From contig JBEDKY010000392.1 of the NCBI GenBank assembly GCA_041171905.1, forward strand, positions 1-44,298: a stretch of DNA of 44,298 nt, given 5' to 3'. Below are positions 1 to 8,740 of this stretch, piece after piece. The position numbers were made by a program, and so were the translations under genes. Position 1 is the first letter of the stretch, and each line of letters starts with the position of its first letter. Source of the DNA: Pseudomonadota bacterium. GTDB lineage: Bacteria > Bdellovibrionota_B > Oligoflexia > Silvanigrellales > Silvanigrellaceae. A model generated the notes under the pieces. It was not told where the DNA came from. It made no database searches and saw only the letters and a program-made list of their open reading frames with translations.

Positions 1-131
1 GAATTGCTTGCACAGGGAGTTGTGATTCAGGACACGCCGCGCGGAACACGCTGGACTCTCCAGATTTGAGCAGGCCCAAGCGGGGCGTCTTGAAGTTCAT
101 CGGATAAAAAGGCAGACTCTCGAACTGAAGC

Positions 132-208
132 GGGTCGTTAGCTCAGCTGGATAGAGCAACGGTCTTCGAAACCGTTGGTCAGGGGTTCGAATCCCTTACG
201 GCCCGCCA
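132..208 (+). tRNA. tRNA-Arg (anticodon UCG)
   Basis: A 77-nt cloverleaf was folded by eye. Acceptor stem GGGTCGT/ACGGCCC; D stem GCTC/GAGC; anticodon stem ACGGT/ACCGT with loop CTTCGAA (anticodon TCG); T arm AGGGG-TTCGAAT-CCCTT. The CCA end is encoded. Confidence 0.93.
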
Positions 209-227
209 TTTCCTCACACCGAAAAAT

Positions 228-1136
228 TCAGAATCCTGATTCCTGCAGGTGCGGAAAGCGAGACAGAATAATCCGTTCAATCTCAACTGCAGTTTCTTCC
301 AGAGCTTTGCCAGTCACATCCAAAACCGGCCAACGCTTGTTGCGCTTGAAGATCTCGCGCGACCACTCAAGCTCCTCAAAAACCTTGGCAACATTTGCAT
401 AGTCGCCGGTTCCAGAACTGCCGAGTGCCTCGACACGTGCCGTGCGGATTTCGGTCAAGCGAGCCGGATCGATCACAAGTCCGATGACCTTATTCTGGTC
501 TACACCAAAGATCTCGGCTGGTAATTCTGTGCCGGGAACAAGCGGCACGTTGGCCACTTTATAGCCCTTGTGGCCAAGGTACATACTCAAAGGTGTTTTG
601 GAGGTTCGCGAAATACCAACGAGCAAGATATCCGCGTCGTTGAGATCGTGAAGCGCTACACCGTCGTCATGGCGTACCGTGTATTCAATCGCCCAGACGC
701 GCTTGAAGTAATCTTGGTCAAGCTGGCGCAACAATCCGGGAATCGCACTCGGACGACGACCGAGCTGCGTTGAGAGAGTCTCGAGCAGGGGAAACAACAC
801 ATCAACAATATGCACGCCCAGCTGCATACCGCGAGAAATGAGATACACGCGCAATTCGGGATCAACGATGGTCGCAACGATGGTTGCATTTTCGCGCAAC
901 GCTCTTTGCAAAAGATGCTCCAAAACCTCGCGGGTGCGCACTTTGTTGAAACGCTCGATTTGAATTTCGGCATTCTCGAACTGCACCTTCACGGCCCGCA
1001 CAATGCTCATGGCCGTCTCACCGGTTCCATCGGAGACGGTGAAAACGGTCGGGGTCACTTTCTCAGCTTCATTGGCACTCATTTCCACAAACGACCTCGT
1101 CAGATGTGGGAGGGACACACAATCTAAACCATTCAT
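228..1136 (-). CDS. ppsR: PEP synthetase / pyruvate phosphate dikinase regulatory protein (DUF299 kinase-pyrophosphorylase)
   Basis: The N-terminus has TVFTVSDGTGETA, and the nucleotide-binding motif VGISRTSKTPLSMYL is present; length is typical of PpsR/PDRP. ATG 1136 is preceded by GGGAGG. A GTG at 1145 or an ATG at 1082 are alternative starts. Confidence 0.85.
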   Translation of the reverse strand: MNGLDCVSLPHLTRSFVEMSANEAEKVTPTVFTVSDGTGETAMSIVRAVKVQFENAEIQIERFNKVRTREVLEHLLQRALRENATIVATIVDPELRVYLISRGMQLGVHIVDVLFPLLETLSTQLGRRPSAIPGLLRQLDQDYFKRVWAIEYTVRHDDGVALHDLNDADILLVGISRTSKTPLSMYLGHKGYKVANVPLVPGTELPAEIFGVDQNKVIGLVIDPARLTEIRTARVEALGSSGTGDYANVAKVFEELEWSREIFKRNKRWPVLDVTGKALEETAVEIERIILSRFPHLQESGF

Positions 1137-1158
1137 CGCGCTCACCTCCCGAAGAAGC

Positions 1159-3366
1159 TCACCCCCCGTTGCTTGGGTGAACCCTGATTAGCTCAATTAT
1201 TTCATCATATTTAACCGTAGCTGGATAACAATCCCGCACGTTGCAAAGCGCAAGCGCAAGGGACTCATGAGGAGTGTCTACCGCCTTCTCGCCGCCCGCA
1301 ACAAAAACGCCCTCAACTGCATCTCTGGGGGCCGGACGGTTGCTGAGCAGGCACCAAACCCCCGCCTTGGCGATGCACTCCCGCCAAAACTGGCGGCCGG
1401 CCACGCACCACTCGGCCAAACTGGCCGGTTCAGACCGTTCAAACGTACAAACGTTCTGATCCAGGGACCAACGCACCGCAGTCAACAAAGCGGAACAAGA
1501 AACAGGTGAAACATGGGCTCTGCAGGCCATCGAACAAAGCGCGACCAATTCAAGTGCCTCAAACATTCTCGCGTCCGCCGGGTCCATCTGCTCAAGCGCG
1601 CCATTGGCGGCGCAAGCCGCAAGAAACGTGCGACATGCTGAAAACACAATGCTCGCCGGCGCAACGGATCGGGCATCTTCACATTGCAACGGACGCGTCG
1701 GCAGACCATCGATCTCAGCAGATGAAAAGAGCAGTCCGCTTTGCGGATCCACGCAGCCCGCGTGCAACCATCTAACAATCTGACGCGCACGCAGCGCGTA
1801 AATATGCAGTCCACTTGCAGTATAAGCATCCACGTGTGCCTGCAGCCAATAGGCAAGGTCGGAGGCATGCGCCCGCCCCTCGGCTTTTTGATCATACGCG
1901 ACACGCGCGGGGAAACTGCCGTCACTGGCAAAGACTTTCCATAGTTCATCAAGAAGAGCAAAGGCGCGAACGACAAACCGCTGCTCACCAACCGCCTGCC
2001 CAGCGCGTAAAAACGCAGACACAAGCAAAGCATTTTCTCCAAGCAGTTGTTTGCGATCAGTCAGGAGCCCAGCACGCGCCGAACGATCTTCAAGCAAACG
2101 ACCAAGGCATTCCGATAGCATTTGCCTGCCACCCTCGGGAGAAATTCCTCGGACGCTGCAAAAAGCGTTCATCGATTCGGGCTGCACCAGCAGATTCGCA
2201 ACCTTCATTTGGCCCTTTCGGGTGATACCGAAGTAGGCCGAGGCAAAATCCAAAAGATCCGGGCGGGAATCGAACAATCGAACCAAAACTTCATATCGGG
2301 GAGCTGTGATCGATTGACTCAGTCCGTCGAAGTCAGACGTTTGGGAGGTGAAGTAAAGTCCACTTTTCGGGCAGCGCAGATTGTTTTCAATGTAATTGAA
2401 AATTGACGAGCAGGACTGCAAAAAATCGGCCGACTTCTCCGGATTAGACAAGTATAAAAAGGCGGATGCCTGTGCATAAAGTGCGAGAAAATGCGCATTC
2501 ATTTCGAGTGGCTTGCTCAGAAAACGAAATTCCGCCGGCCCGTCCGCAGTCAACAAGACCACTCCGCCTTCAACCGGATCGACGATGCCAGCACAACGGA
2601 TTTTATCGAGCGCCTTGAGCGCGAGTGCGGAGTTCCTGCGATCACCTGCAAACAACATCGCACTGATCGAGCTGGGCTCAATTAAATTGAAAGGTCCAGA
2701 GCCGGATTGACTCTCAAGTTCGAACCACGCTCCAAGATCAACATCCATTCTCTTGATGCTTTGAGTCAGAAAACGACAGACAGAGTCGCTGGTCAAAGAG
2801 GTGTCGCCCAACAATTGCTCGGCAGAACGCACGCCATTTTGCTCGGCTGCCGCGCGCAGAGTTCTCATCAAAGCTTCTGCGCGGCGCGTCACCGAAGGCA
2901 GGTCACGCTCAATTACATCCAACACCGATCGGCAGACATGCAAAAAAGAAGGCCTGGCCGGAGTCGAATCCAATGGAAAATATCCGCCCGAAAAAATCGG
3001 TAACAGATCATCAGTCAGAAACAACGACAATGGAAAAGCGGCGGTTGCATCGTTCATGACCTCGACAATCTCGCGGCAGACATCCGCGAGATCAGGCCTC
3101 TCGGCAGAGTCAACGTTGATGCAAATAAAGTGCCGGTTGAGGAACTCGGCCGTTTCGTCGTCTTCAAAAACGTCGCTGGCCATCTCTCTGCAAAGCTGCG
3201 AATGTGAATGTCCTATGCTGAGGAATATTGGCTTCTTTTCCGCTTGTGCCGCCGCCAAGGCGGCATCACACCAAGGAAACCAACGCACTGCCTGTGCAGC
3301 AAAGTGACGCAGATAAAAACTCTGGGTTGCTTGCAATAAATTCGCTTCTTGCGCGCCCGCGGACAT
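1159..3366 (-). CDS. Thioredoxin-like DUF255 / YyaL(SPATA20)-like protein with degenerate redox motif
   Basis: The N-terminus follows the DUF255 pattern (LLQATQSFYLRHFAAQAVRWFPW...KKPIFLSIGHS...FLNRHFICINVDSAERPDL). It is followed by a roughly 550-aa helical body, as in YyaL-type proteins. ATG 3366 was chosen over GTG 3405 because the homologous N-terminus starts just before ANLL. Confidence 0.72.
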   Translation of the reverse strand: MSAGAQEANLLQATQSFYLRHFAAQAVRWFPWCDAALAAAQAEKKPIFLSIGHSHSQLCREMASDVFEDDETAEFLNRHFICINVDSAERPDLADVCREIVEVMNDATAAFPLSLFLTDDLLPIFSGGYFPLDSTPARPSFLHVCRSVLDVIERDLPSVTRRAEALMRTLRAAAEQNGVRSAEQLLGDTSLTSDSVCRFLTQSIKRMDVDLGAWFELESQSGSGPFNLIEPSSISAMLFAGDRRNSALALKALDKIRCAGIVDPVEGGVVLLTADGPAEFRFLSKPLEMNAHFLALYAQASAFLYLSNPEKSADFLQSCSSIFNYIENNLRCPKSGLYFTSQTSDFDGLSQSITAPRYEVLVRLFDSRPDLLDFASAYFGITRKGQMKVANLLVQPESMNAFCSVRGISPEGGRQMLSECLGRLLEDRSARAGLLTDRKQLLGENALLVSAFLRAGQAVGEQRFVVRAFALLDELWKVFASDGSFPARVAYDQKAEGRAHASDLAYWLQAHVDAYTASGLHIYALRARQIVRWLHAGCVDPQSGLLFSSAEIDGLPTRPLQCEDARSVAPASIVFSACRTFLAACAANGALEQMDPADARMFEALELVALCSMACRAHVSPVSCSALLTAVRWSLDQNVCTFERSEPASLAEWCVAGRQFWRECIAKAGVWCLLSNRPAPRDAVEGVFVAGGEKAVDTPHESLALALCNVRDCYPATVKYDEIIELIRVHPSNGG

Positions 3367-3402
3367 AAAAAAAACCCCCACCCGAACCTGTTCGGACAGG
3401 GG
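3367..3402 (-). terminator. Rho-independent terminator-like hairpin plus T8 between the response regulator and the DUF255 gene
   Basis: The minus strand reads CCCCTGTCCGAACAGGTTCGGGTGGGGG followed by TTTTTTTT. This gives a roughly 12-bp stem (with GU pairs) around a CAGG loop. The T8 run abuts ATG 3366. Confidence 0.55.
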
Positions 3403-3423
3403 CACCTATCACACAAAATCAGT

Positions 3424-4017
3424 TTATGACACGGCACGTGGAGGCGGCGGCGCAGTTGGCACCTCATCCGCAGCCACTCTGCTCTGAGCAGGCGCGTCAC
3501 CCGGAACACGAGTTTGTGCTTGTTGAATATCTCCGCCAGCCTTGTTCTGCGGCGGACGCGCGGAGTCTTCATCGCCGGCGTAAACTGCGGTCAACACCTC
3601 TTTAAACGTCTCAGCGCTGTCTTTTTTGGAAAAAATCGCATCAGGCATGTGCCCGCCGGGAGAACGAATCTCCGCCATCACCTCGAGGTTGCCTATTGCG
3701 CTCACAAACATCACCACCGCTGTGGTTTTCAGCTCACGCAGATAGCCGAGCGTTTCGACACCATGCATGACGGGCATGATGACGTCGAGGGATATCACGT
3801 CCGGGCGGGTCTTGTCGGCCAGCGCCAGACACTCGAGACCATTCCCCGCCTCACCCACAACCTGCATTCCAATACTTTCAAACATCTCGCTTAAACGTCT
3901 GCGCTGTGAGGGACTGTCGTCGACGACAATCACCCTGCGACCCATTAAGATGTTCTGCCTGTCGACGCCCCGACTTGGCTGATTGCGGTCATTCTGTTGA
4001 GTCAATCGCACTGCCAT
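3424..4017 (-). CDS. Single-domain CheY-like response regulator with Pro/Ala/Gln-rich C-terminal tail
   Basis: Receiver motifs are present: VIVVDDS (acidic pocket), DVISLDVIMPVMHG (phospho-acceptor Asp) and VVMFVSA. No DNA-binding or enzymatic output domain is visible. The RBS GGAGGAG lies upstream of ATG 4017. Confidence 0.85.
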   Translation of the reverse strand: MAVRLTQQNDRNQPSRGVDRQNILMGRRVIVVDDSPSQRRRLSEMFESIGMQVVGEAGNGLECLALADKTRPDVISLDVIMPVMHGVETLGYLRELKTTAVVMFVSAIGNLEVMAEIRSPGGHMPDAIFSKKDSAETFKEVLTAVYAGDEDSARPPQNKAGGDIQQAQTRVPGDAPAQSRVAADEVPTAPPPPRAVS

Positions 4018-4080
4018 GGACAGTCTCCTCCGAAATTAAACCGTCTGTCGGCCGCAGTTAGGGGAAACTTAAACGAATCT

Positions 4081-4887
4081 TTAAAAAACCTTGAGAATAT
4101 AGATTGTTAAAAAAACCTCAGAAATGCACACGAGGGCGCCAAGCAGGTCGCCGTTAAGCGCCTCGGTGCGTTTCACCAATCCCCAAAAAAGCAGACTGGA
4201 CGACACCAACATCACAGCAATGCTGAATAACAAGCGACCGAAATCATCCGCCGTCAGGCGCAGTGGAAAGGTCATCACGGTTGGAAAAAATGTTTCCACG
4301 AGGAAACATCCAACCACACCCGCCGATACGACGGTAGCCAAAACCAACGCAGCACGACCGGCAGAAACTGACTGCATAACGTGCGACGAACGTGCCGAAT
4401 GCGAGGTTTTTAACCAAGAGGAATAAAACAAGCCGAGCCCAAGTGACGTTGCGCGCGACAGCAAACAGACCAGCGCAAAGAGCGCAAGCGAAATCTGCGC
4501 GTGAGAAACAATGAGGATCCTGAAGGCCCACAACAACACAAGAGCGCTCACCCCAAACGTGCCCAACCGCGGATCCTTGAATGTGGAATGAATCTTTTCC
4601 AACGACTCCTGCGAATTGAATTTCGAAACACCCAAGGAGTCGGCTGTGTCTGCCAGTCCGTCTTCATGAAAAAAACCCGTGAGCATCGAGAGGCCGACGA
4701 ATCCCGCCAGTGGCGACCAATGCTGCATTTCACTTCCAAGAGCCGCAACGCCCAAGAAAGCAAAAACCAAAAAAACAAAGGCCTGAAGAAGGGGACCGAT
4801 GAAAACTCCCAAAGGCCTGTAGGCTTGGGCGTTCGCCACTGGCCAGCGAAAAAAGAAACTCCATCCGGAAAGAAAATAATCAATCAT
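4081..4887 (-). CDS. cobS: Adenosylcobinamide-GDP ribazoletransferase (cobalamin synthase)
   Basis: This is a polytopic membrane protein with the CobS signatures TGFFHEDGLADTADS, DPRLGTFG and LNGDLLGA. ATG 4887 was chosen because the longer ORF to 5031 would overlap the upstream HD gene. Confidence 0.8.
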   Translation of the reverse strand: MIDYFLSGWSFFFRWPVANAQAYRPLGVFIGPLLQAFVFLVFAFLGVAALGSEMQHWSPLAGFVGLSMLTGFFHEDGLADTADSLGVSKFNSQESLEKIHSTFKDPRLGTFGVSALVLLWAFRILIVSHAQISLALFALVCLLSRATSLGLGLFYSSWLKTSHSARSSHVMQSVSAGRAALVLATVVSAGVVGCFLVETFFPTVMTFPLRLTADDFGRLLFSIAVMLVSSSLLFWGLVKRTEALNGDLLGALVCISEVFLTIYILKVF

Positions 4888-4900
4888 ACAGACGTGACTT

Positions 4901-6484
4901 TCAATTTTCGCTCTCAAAACGAGGACTGACGACTTCCGCCGAAACTCGCTGCTGTACGAGTTTTGGATCCACGGGATGTCCCGCTTCGTCTTCGCGACCG
5001 ACAAAAATCCTGCGGATGACAATCTCTTCATCCAGGCGGTTCACCAACTTGGAATGCGACTCGATTGGCTCAAGATAGCGCAAGCCATGAACATCCTTGA
5101 CGACAACTTTGAGCGTGTTGCGTGATTTTTTTTCACGTCCCTTCGGCGAGAAACGCGTCAGGCTCGTGCTGCTCTCGATCATCTCACTTGAAAATCCCTG
5201 CGCGCGCAAAAAGCTGATGGTCGCTGGACACAGCGATGGCGCAGACTTCAATTGATCGGACGGTATGCTCTCCTCATAAACACGTTTCCATAACTTCCGC
5301 CCGTAGAGCAGATCATCAAGCAAGACGAGTCCGCGGTTGCTGGCTGTCTGACACTGTGAATGAGCAAACGCAAAAAAGGAGGCGTCATCGAGGCGCAGAA
5401 AATCTTCGAGCTGCAAAGGAAGCGAGAATCGGTTGAGATGCTTGTGGGCAGCCTCAAGCATCGCCTCGCAAGCGGTCGCGGTCTTATGAAAATAAACCTG
5501 CTGATACATACTCCAGCGTGCACGCAGGTAATCCTCAAATGCAGCCACGCCGCTGCGTCTGATTGCAAGATGAAAATGTGACGTTGCAGGGTCTTTGTAA
5601 AAGCATGCGGAATCAAGAATCCGGCCGGCATCAAAAAGCCCATACACAACTCCGCACTCACGCGAGTCGCGCAGCAGATAATCCATCCGGTCGACGTCGA
5701 TCTCGCCGCTGACGACTTCGTGCAGCAAAGTTTGCAGACCGCTTTGAACAAGAACTCCACCAGAACAAGCGCTCACATCGAGGTCTAAAACCGCACAGAC
5801 GTCCTGACCCAAGGAGGCAGGCAAGAGCTCATCCTGTCCGGAAAATATCCGCGCGACAATCATAAGAGTGTAGATCTCGTGCCTGACGCGAACGTCCATC
5901 GCGTGCAGACTCTTGGATTTTTGCCGTTCAATCTTGGCACTCAGTGCCTGAAACAAATAGTCAGGAAGCGACAGTGTTCCAAGGCTCTGTTCAAGCTCAC
6001 GCCACGTTGGCATGAATCGCTCAAGGCTGTGACTGAAAGGAGCGTGACCAACGTCATGCAACAACGCAGCAAGTCGCAAAACCTGCGCGACCTCAGATCT
6101 CTTCAACCAATCCAAGGCTTCCTGAGTCGCCGACAGGCTGCCGTGATGAAGCTCGGTCATGGCATGAGACTTCTGCACTGTGAGCGGCAGCTGGTTTAGT
6201 GAGTGTGTAAGTGCATCTAGTATCCGCTGCTGGTTCGCTATCAGCGAATTCAGCAACACGCCGGCCATATGCATAACTCCAAGTGCATGAACAAAGCGTG
6301 TGTGTGTCGCACCTGGAAAGACATATTTGATGAACGCCGTTTGCTGTATCCGGCGCATCCGCTGAAATTCGCGCGTGTCGATGACTTGTTTTTCGATTGC
6401 TGTGAACGAAATTGTGTCGTGCAACGGGTCGCGAACTTTCCCGATGAACGTCAGCGGATTGAAGGTTGTGGTCATTGCAATCAT
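4901..6484 (-). CDS. HD-domain phosphohydrolase (SAMHD1/YdhJ-like dNTPase family)
   Basis: Motifs present: RFVHALGVMH, LLHDVGHAPFSH and DRMDYLLRDS. ATG 6484 is preceded by GGGGGG with an 8-nt spacer. A TTG at 6523 is the maximal start. Confidence 0.85.
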   Translation of the reverse strand: MIAMTTTFNPLTFIGKVRDPLHDTISFTAIEKQVIDTREFQRMRRIQQTAFIKYVFPGATHTRFVHALGVMHMAGVLLNSLIANQQRILDALTHSLNQLPLTVQKSHAMTELHHGSLSATQEALDWLKRSEVAQVLRLAALLHDVGHAPFSHSLERFMPTWRELEQSLGTLSLPDYLFQALSAKIERQKSKSLHAMDVRVRHEIYTLMIVARIFSGQDELLPASLGQDVCAVLDLDVSACSGGVLVQSGLQTLLHEVVSGEIDVDRMDYLLRDSRECGVVYGLFDAGRILDSACFYKDPATSHFHLAIRRSGVAAFEDYLRARWSMYQQVYFHKTATACEAMLEAAHKHLNRFSLPLQLEDFLRLDDASFFAFAHSQCQTASNRGLVLLDDLLYGRKLWKRVYEESIPSDQLKSAPSLCPATISFLRAQGFSSEMIESSTSLTRFSPKGREKKSRNTLKVVVKDVHGLRYLEPIESHSKLVNRLDEEIVIRRIFVGREDEAGHPVDPKLVQQRVSAEVVSPRFESEN

Positions 6485-6681
6485 GAGACTGGCCCCCCGC
6501 GCATTTGTCTTTTTCAGCAGCAATAAAAAGCCAATTCAGACAAATTGCGAAAGGTTGGATGTTCCAAAGCAGGCTGACGGGCAAGGGCTTTTCCGCGCGT
6601 GCCTCACGGATCAGCAAATTTGATTGACAGAGACTTTCGAAACGTGTTACCCAACCCTTTACCTTTGCGAAAGGGGTCTCC

Positions 6682-6710
6682 TTACTTTCGGTATATCTTT
6701 ACAGTAATAT
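6682..6710 (+). promoter_or_regulatory. Candidate sigma70-type promoter upstream of cdnL
   Basis: The sequence is TTACTT (6682-6687), a 17-nt spacer, then TAATAT (6705-6710). This rests on sequence resemblance only. Confidence 0.3.
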
Positions 6711-6749
6711 CAGACGGTTGAATGAATTTTTCCTGCTCTTTGCAGTGCA

Positions 6750-6848
6750 GGTTGGACAGCCCTCGGTCGATTGTGAAGAACACCAGAACTCAGGAACCCG
6801 ATGGCAGAGGTTTTGCTGAACGGAACTCGGGAGGGCAGGTGTCCAACC
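6750..6848 (+). promoter_or_regulatory. Long-range RNA helix in the cdnL leader
   Basis: Positions 6750-6758 (GGTTGGACA) pair with 6840-6848 (TGTCCAACC). Positions 6759-6764 (GCCCTC) pair with 6831-6836 (GAGGGC). This gives 15 Watson-Crick pairs with a 3-nt bulge, enclosing 66 nt. Confidence 0.35.
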
Positions 6849-6886
6849 AATGTACCGTGAACCACTTCTCCCGGAGGGCTAGAGAA

Positions 6887-7387
6887 ATGAGTTCAGAACG
6901 CGTGATGTTTGGAGTCGGCGAAAAGGCAGTGTACCCCTGCCATGGAGTCGGAACCATCGAAAATATCGAGAGTTGTGAGATTGCAGGCACGAAGCAGGAC
7001 TTTTATGTTCTGAAGATTCATGCCACCGGCGCCAAGGTCATGGTTCCGACAAGAGCAGCTCAAACGGTCGGTCTGCGAGCTGTGATCTCGCCCCGTGAAG
7101 TCGAAAAAATTTATGACATTCTCAAGTCACCGTCGAAAAAGTCGACAGCGACTTGGAACCGCCGCTTCCGCGCACTCAATGAAAAGCTCAATACAGGGAA
7201 TCTCGTCGAAATCGCCGAAGTGCTGCGTGACCTCTCCAGCCTGCGCAACGACAAAGACCTCTCGTTCGGTGAAAAGAAAATGCTCGAGCGCGCAAGGGCG
7301 ATGATTGTTTCGGAAATTTCGGCTGCCAAGAATCTAGATCGCTGCTCGGTTGAGACAGAGTTGAATCACATTCTTCTTCCCGTCTGA
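6887..7387 (+). CDS. cdnL: CarD/CdnL-family RNA polymerase-binding transcription factor
   Basis: FGVGEKAVYPCHGVGTIENIE...QDFYVLKI matches the CarD_CdnL_TRCF N-terminal domain. GGAGGG (6873-6878) lies 8 nt upstream of ATG 6887. The in-frame extension back to 6722 does not look like protein. Confidence 0.88.
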   Translation: MSSERVMFGVGEKAVYPCHGVGTIENIESCEIAGTKQDFYVLKIHATGAKVMVPTRAAQTVGLRAVISPREVEKIYDILKSPSKKSTATWNRRFRALNEKLNTGNLVEIAEVLRDLSSLRNDKDLSFGEKKMLERARAMIVSEISAAKNLDRCSVETELNHILLPV

Positions 7388-7405
7388 ATAAATTCGCGAC
7401 CAGTC

Positions 7406-7442
7406 AAAAAACCACCACGCTGAGCGTGGTGGTTTTTTTTAT
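7406..7442. terminator. Bidirectional rho-independent terminator (cdnL and tgt converge here)
   Basis: The sequence is AAAAAA-ACCACCACGC-TGAG-CGTGGTGGT-TTTTTTTT. It has a 9-bp GC-rich stem with an A run on one side and a T run on the other. Confidence 0.8.
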
Positions 7443-7571
7443 GTCTGCGTACTGGCTATCCTGAAAAACATACCCTTCGTTTTCTGGAGTCACAGGTTGA
7501 CAGATCGGGCTGGACCGCGGCAAAAGCTCTCTTGCTGACGTCAGGCAGGCTTTACTCCCGCGGAAATCCAG

Positions 7572-8681
7572 TCAGTCATCCACTTCGGCCAAAAACCGGC
7601 GACTGAATTGATCGAATGTGCCGGCGCTGATTTCAGAACGGCATCGCTCCATGAGCCGTTCATAGAACCAAGTGTTGTGATAGCTGACGAGCCGCCAGCC
7701 GGTAGGCTCATCGCACTTGATGAGCTGATGCAGGTAGGCCCGCGAATAACGTCGGCAGACAAAACATTCACATTGCGGGTCAATCGGCTCGGACGAGGTG
7801 GCGAGCGCAGCGCGCCTCAGCTTAACTTTTCCAGAGAAAGTGTAGGCGACTCCCTGACGTGCATGATTGGTCGGAATGATACAATCAAACATATCTATAC
7901 CGGCTCTGATACTTCTGACCAAGTCATGCGGCGTTCCAACACCCATCAAATATCGCGGCTTTGTCGAAGGCAATTGCCGTGCGGTGAAGGCCGTAAAATG
8001 TTCGCGCTCCTCGTCCGTTTCACCGACAGCCAGCCCGCCGATGGCGTATCCCGGAAAATCCAGCTCGCTGAGTGCCGCGGCACTCTCACTGCGCAGATCT
8101 TCAAATATCGCGCCCTGCACAATCCCGAAAAGAGCATTCTCATGATTGCGCTGAGCACTCTTGCATCTGCGCGCCCAGCGATGTGTCCGCTCCATTGCGC
8201 GAGCGGCAATATCGCGTGGACTTGTCGATGGAACGCAAACATCCAACACCATCATGATGTCTGAGCCGATGGTTTCCTGAAATGCAATATTGCTTTCAGG
8301 ACTGAAAAAACGCGCCGCCTGATCGAGATAACTGCGAAACTCAACGCCCTCCTCGGAAATCACACGCTGATGAGGAAGAGAAAAAATTTGAAAGCCGCCG
8401 CTGTCTGTCAGAATGGGTTTGTCCCAGTGAATGAGCCGATGATAACCCCCGCGCTGTTTGAGAATTTCCGCGCCTGGTCGCAAATACAAATGATAAGTGT
8501 TGCCCAAAATGATTTGCACGCCAGCCGATTCAAGGTCGGCGTGGTCGAGTGCGCGCACCGCACCAAAGGTTCCCACCGACATAAAGACCGGTGTTTGAAT
8601 TGAACCATGCTTTGTCGTCACAACACCGCGGCGAGCCGCCGTGTGCGCATCGACTGCCAAAAGTTGAAATGAAAAAGCCAC
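7572..8681 (-). CDS. tgt: Queuine tRNA-ribosyltransferase (tRNA-guanine transglycosylase)
   Basis: Motifs present: LGNTYHLYLRPG, LTDSGGFQIFSL, MVLDVC and GGLAVGE, plus the zinc motif CECFVCRRYSRAYLHQL. The GTG start is preceded by GGGAG. Confidence 0.95.
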   Translation of the reverse strand: MAFSFQLLAVDAHTAARRGVVTTKHGSIQTPVFMSVGTFGAVRALDHADLESAGVQIILGNTYHLYLRPGAEILKQRGGYHRLIHWDKPILTDSGGFQIFSLPHQRVISEEGVEFRSYLDQAARFFSPESNIAFQETIGSDIMMVLDVCVPSTSPRDIAARAMERTHRWARRCKSAQRNHENALFGIVQGAIFEDLRSESAAALSELDFPGYAIGGLAVGETDEEREHFTAFTARQLPSTKPRYLMGVGTPHDLVRSIRAGIDMFDCIIPTNHARQGVAYTFSGKVKLRRAALATSSEPIDPQCECFVCRRYSRAYLHQLIKCDEPTGWRLVSYHNTWFYERLMERCRSEISAGTFDQFSRRFLAEVDD

Positions 8682-8740
8682 AGGAGCGGCTCCCTGAGTT
8701 AAAAGTCATGACGAGATGTCGGCGGGATCTGTTGACGGCA

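Noticed and set aside
1-69. An open frame enters from the left edge and ends at TGA 67-69 (ELLAQGVVIQDTPRGTRWTLQI).
   Set aside because: Only 22 codons are visible. This is plausible as the 3' end of an upstream gene, but I cannot assign or support it from this fragment.
132-208. I considered tRNA-Arg as an integration site for an island covering ppsR and the downstream genes.
   Set aside because: There is no integrase and no repeat of the tRNA 3' end, and the adjacent genes are ordinary metabolic and regulatory genes in a tight operon-like run.
4901-6484. I considered whether the HD-domain SAMHD1-like hydrolase could be an anti-phage dNTP-depletion gene.
   Set aside because: Its motifs fit the widespread housekeeping YdhJ/COG1078-type HD proteins. 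It sits in a housekeeping gene run upstream of cobS with no mobile or defence context. Nothing in the sequence distinguishes it as a defence variant.
6722-6886. Several genes have in-frame N-terminal extensions in the ORF track: cdnL (6722), cobS (to 5031), gloB (16175), the HAD phosphatase (17244), the FAH gene (26138), cmk (to 32259), gltA (33291) and the DM9 (18816) and PilZ (19522) genes.
   Set aside because: The extensions overlap upstream genes or lack protein-like composition. Internal starts have good SD sequences and match the usual N-termini of the families. I therefore used the shorter gene models.
7536-7545. A perfect palindrome CTGACGTCAG lies in the tgt 3' flank, and a CCAATTGG palindrome lies at about 21922 in the divergent promoter region.
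   Set aside because: These are short palindromes expected by chance in 44 kb. They are not repeated, and no associated regulator is evident.
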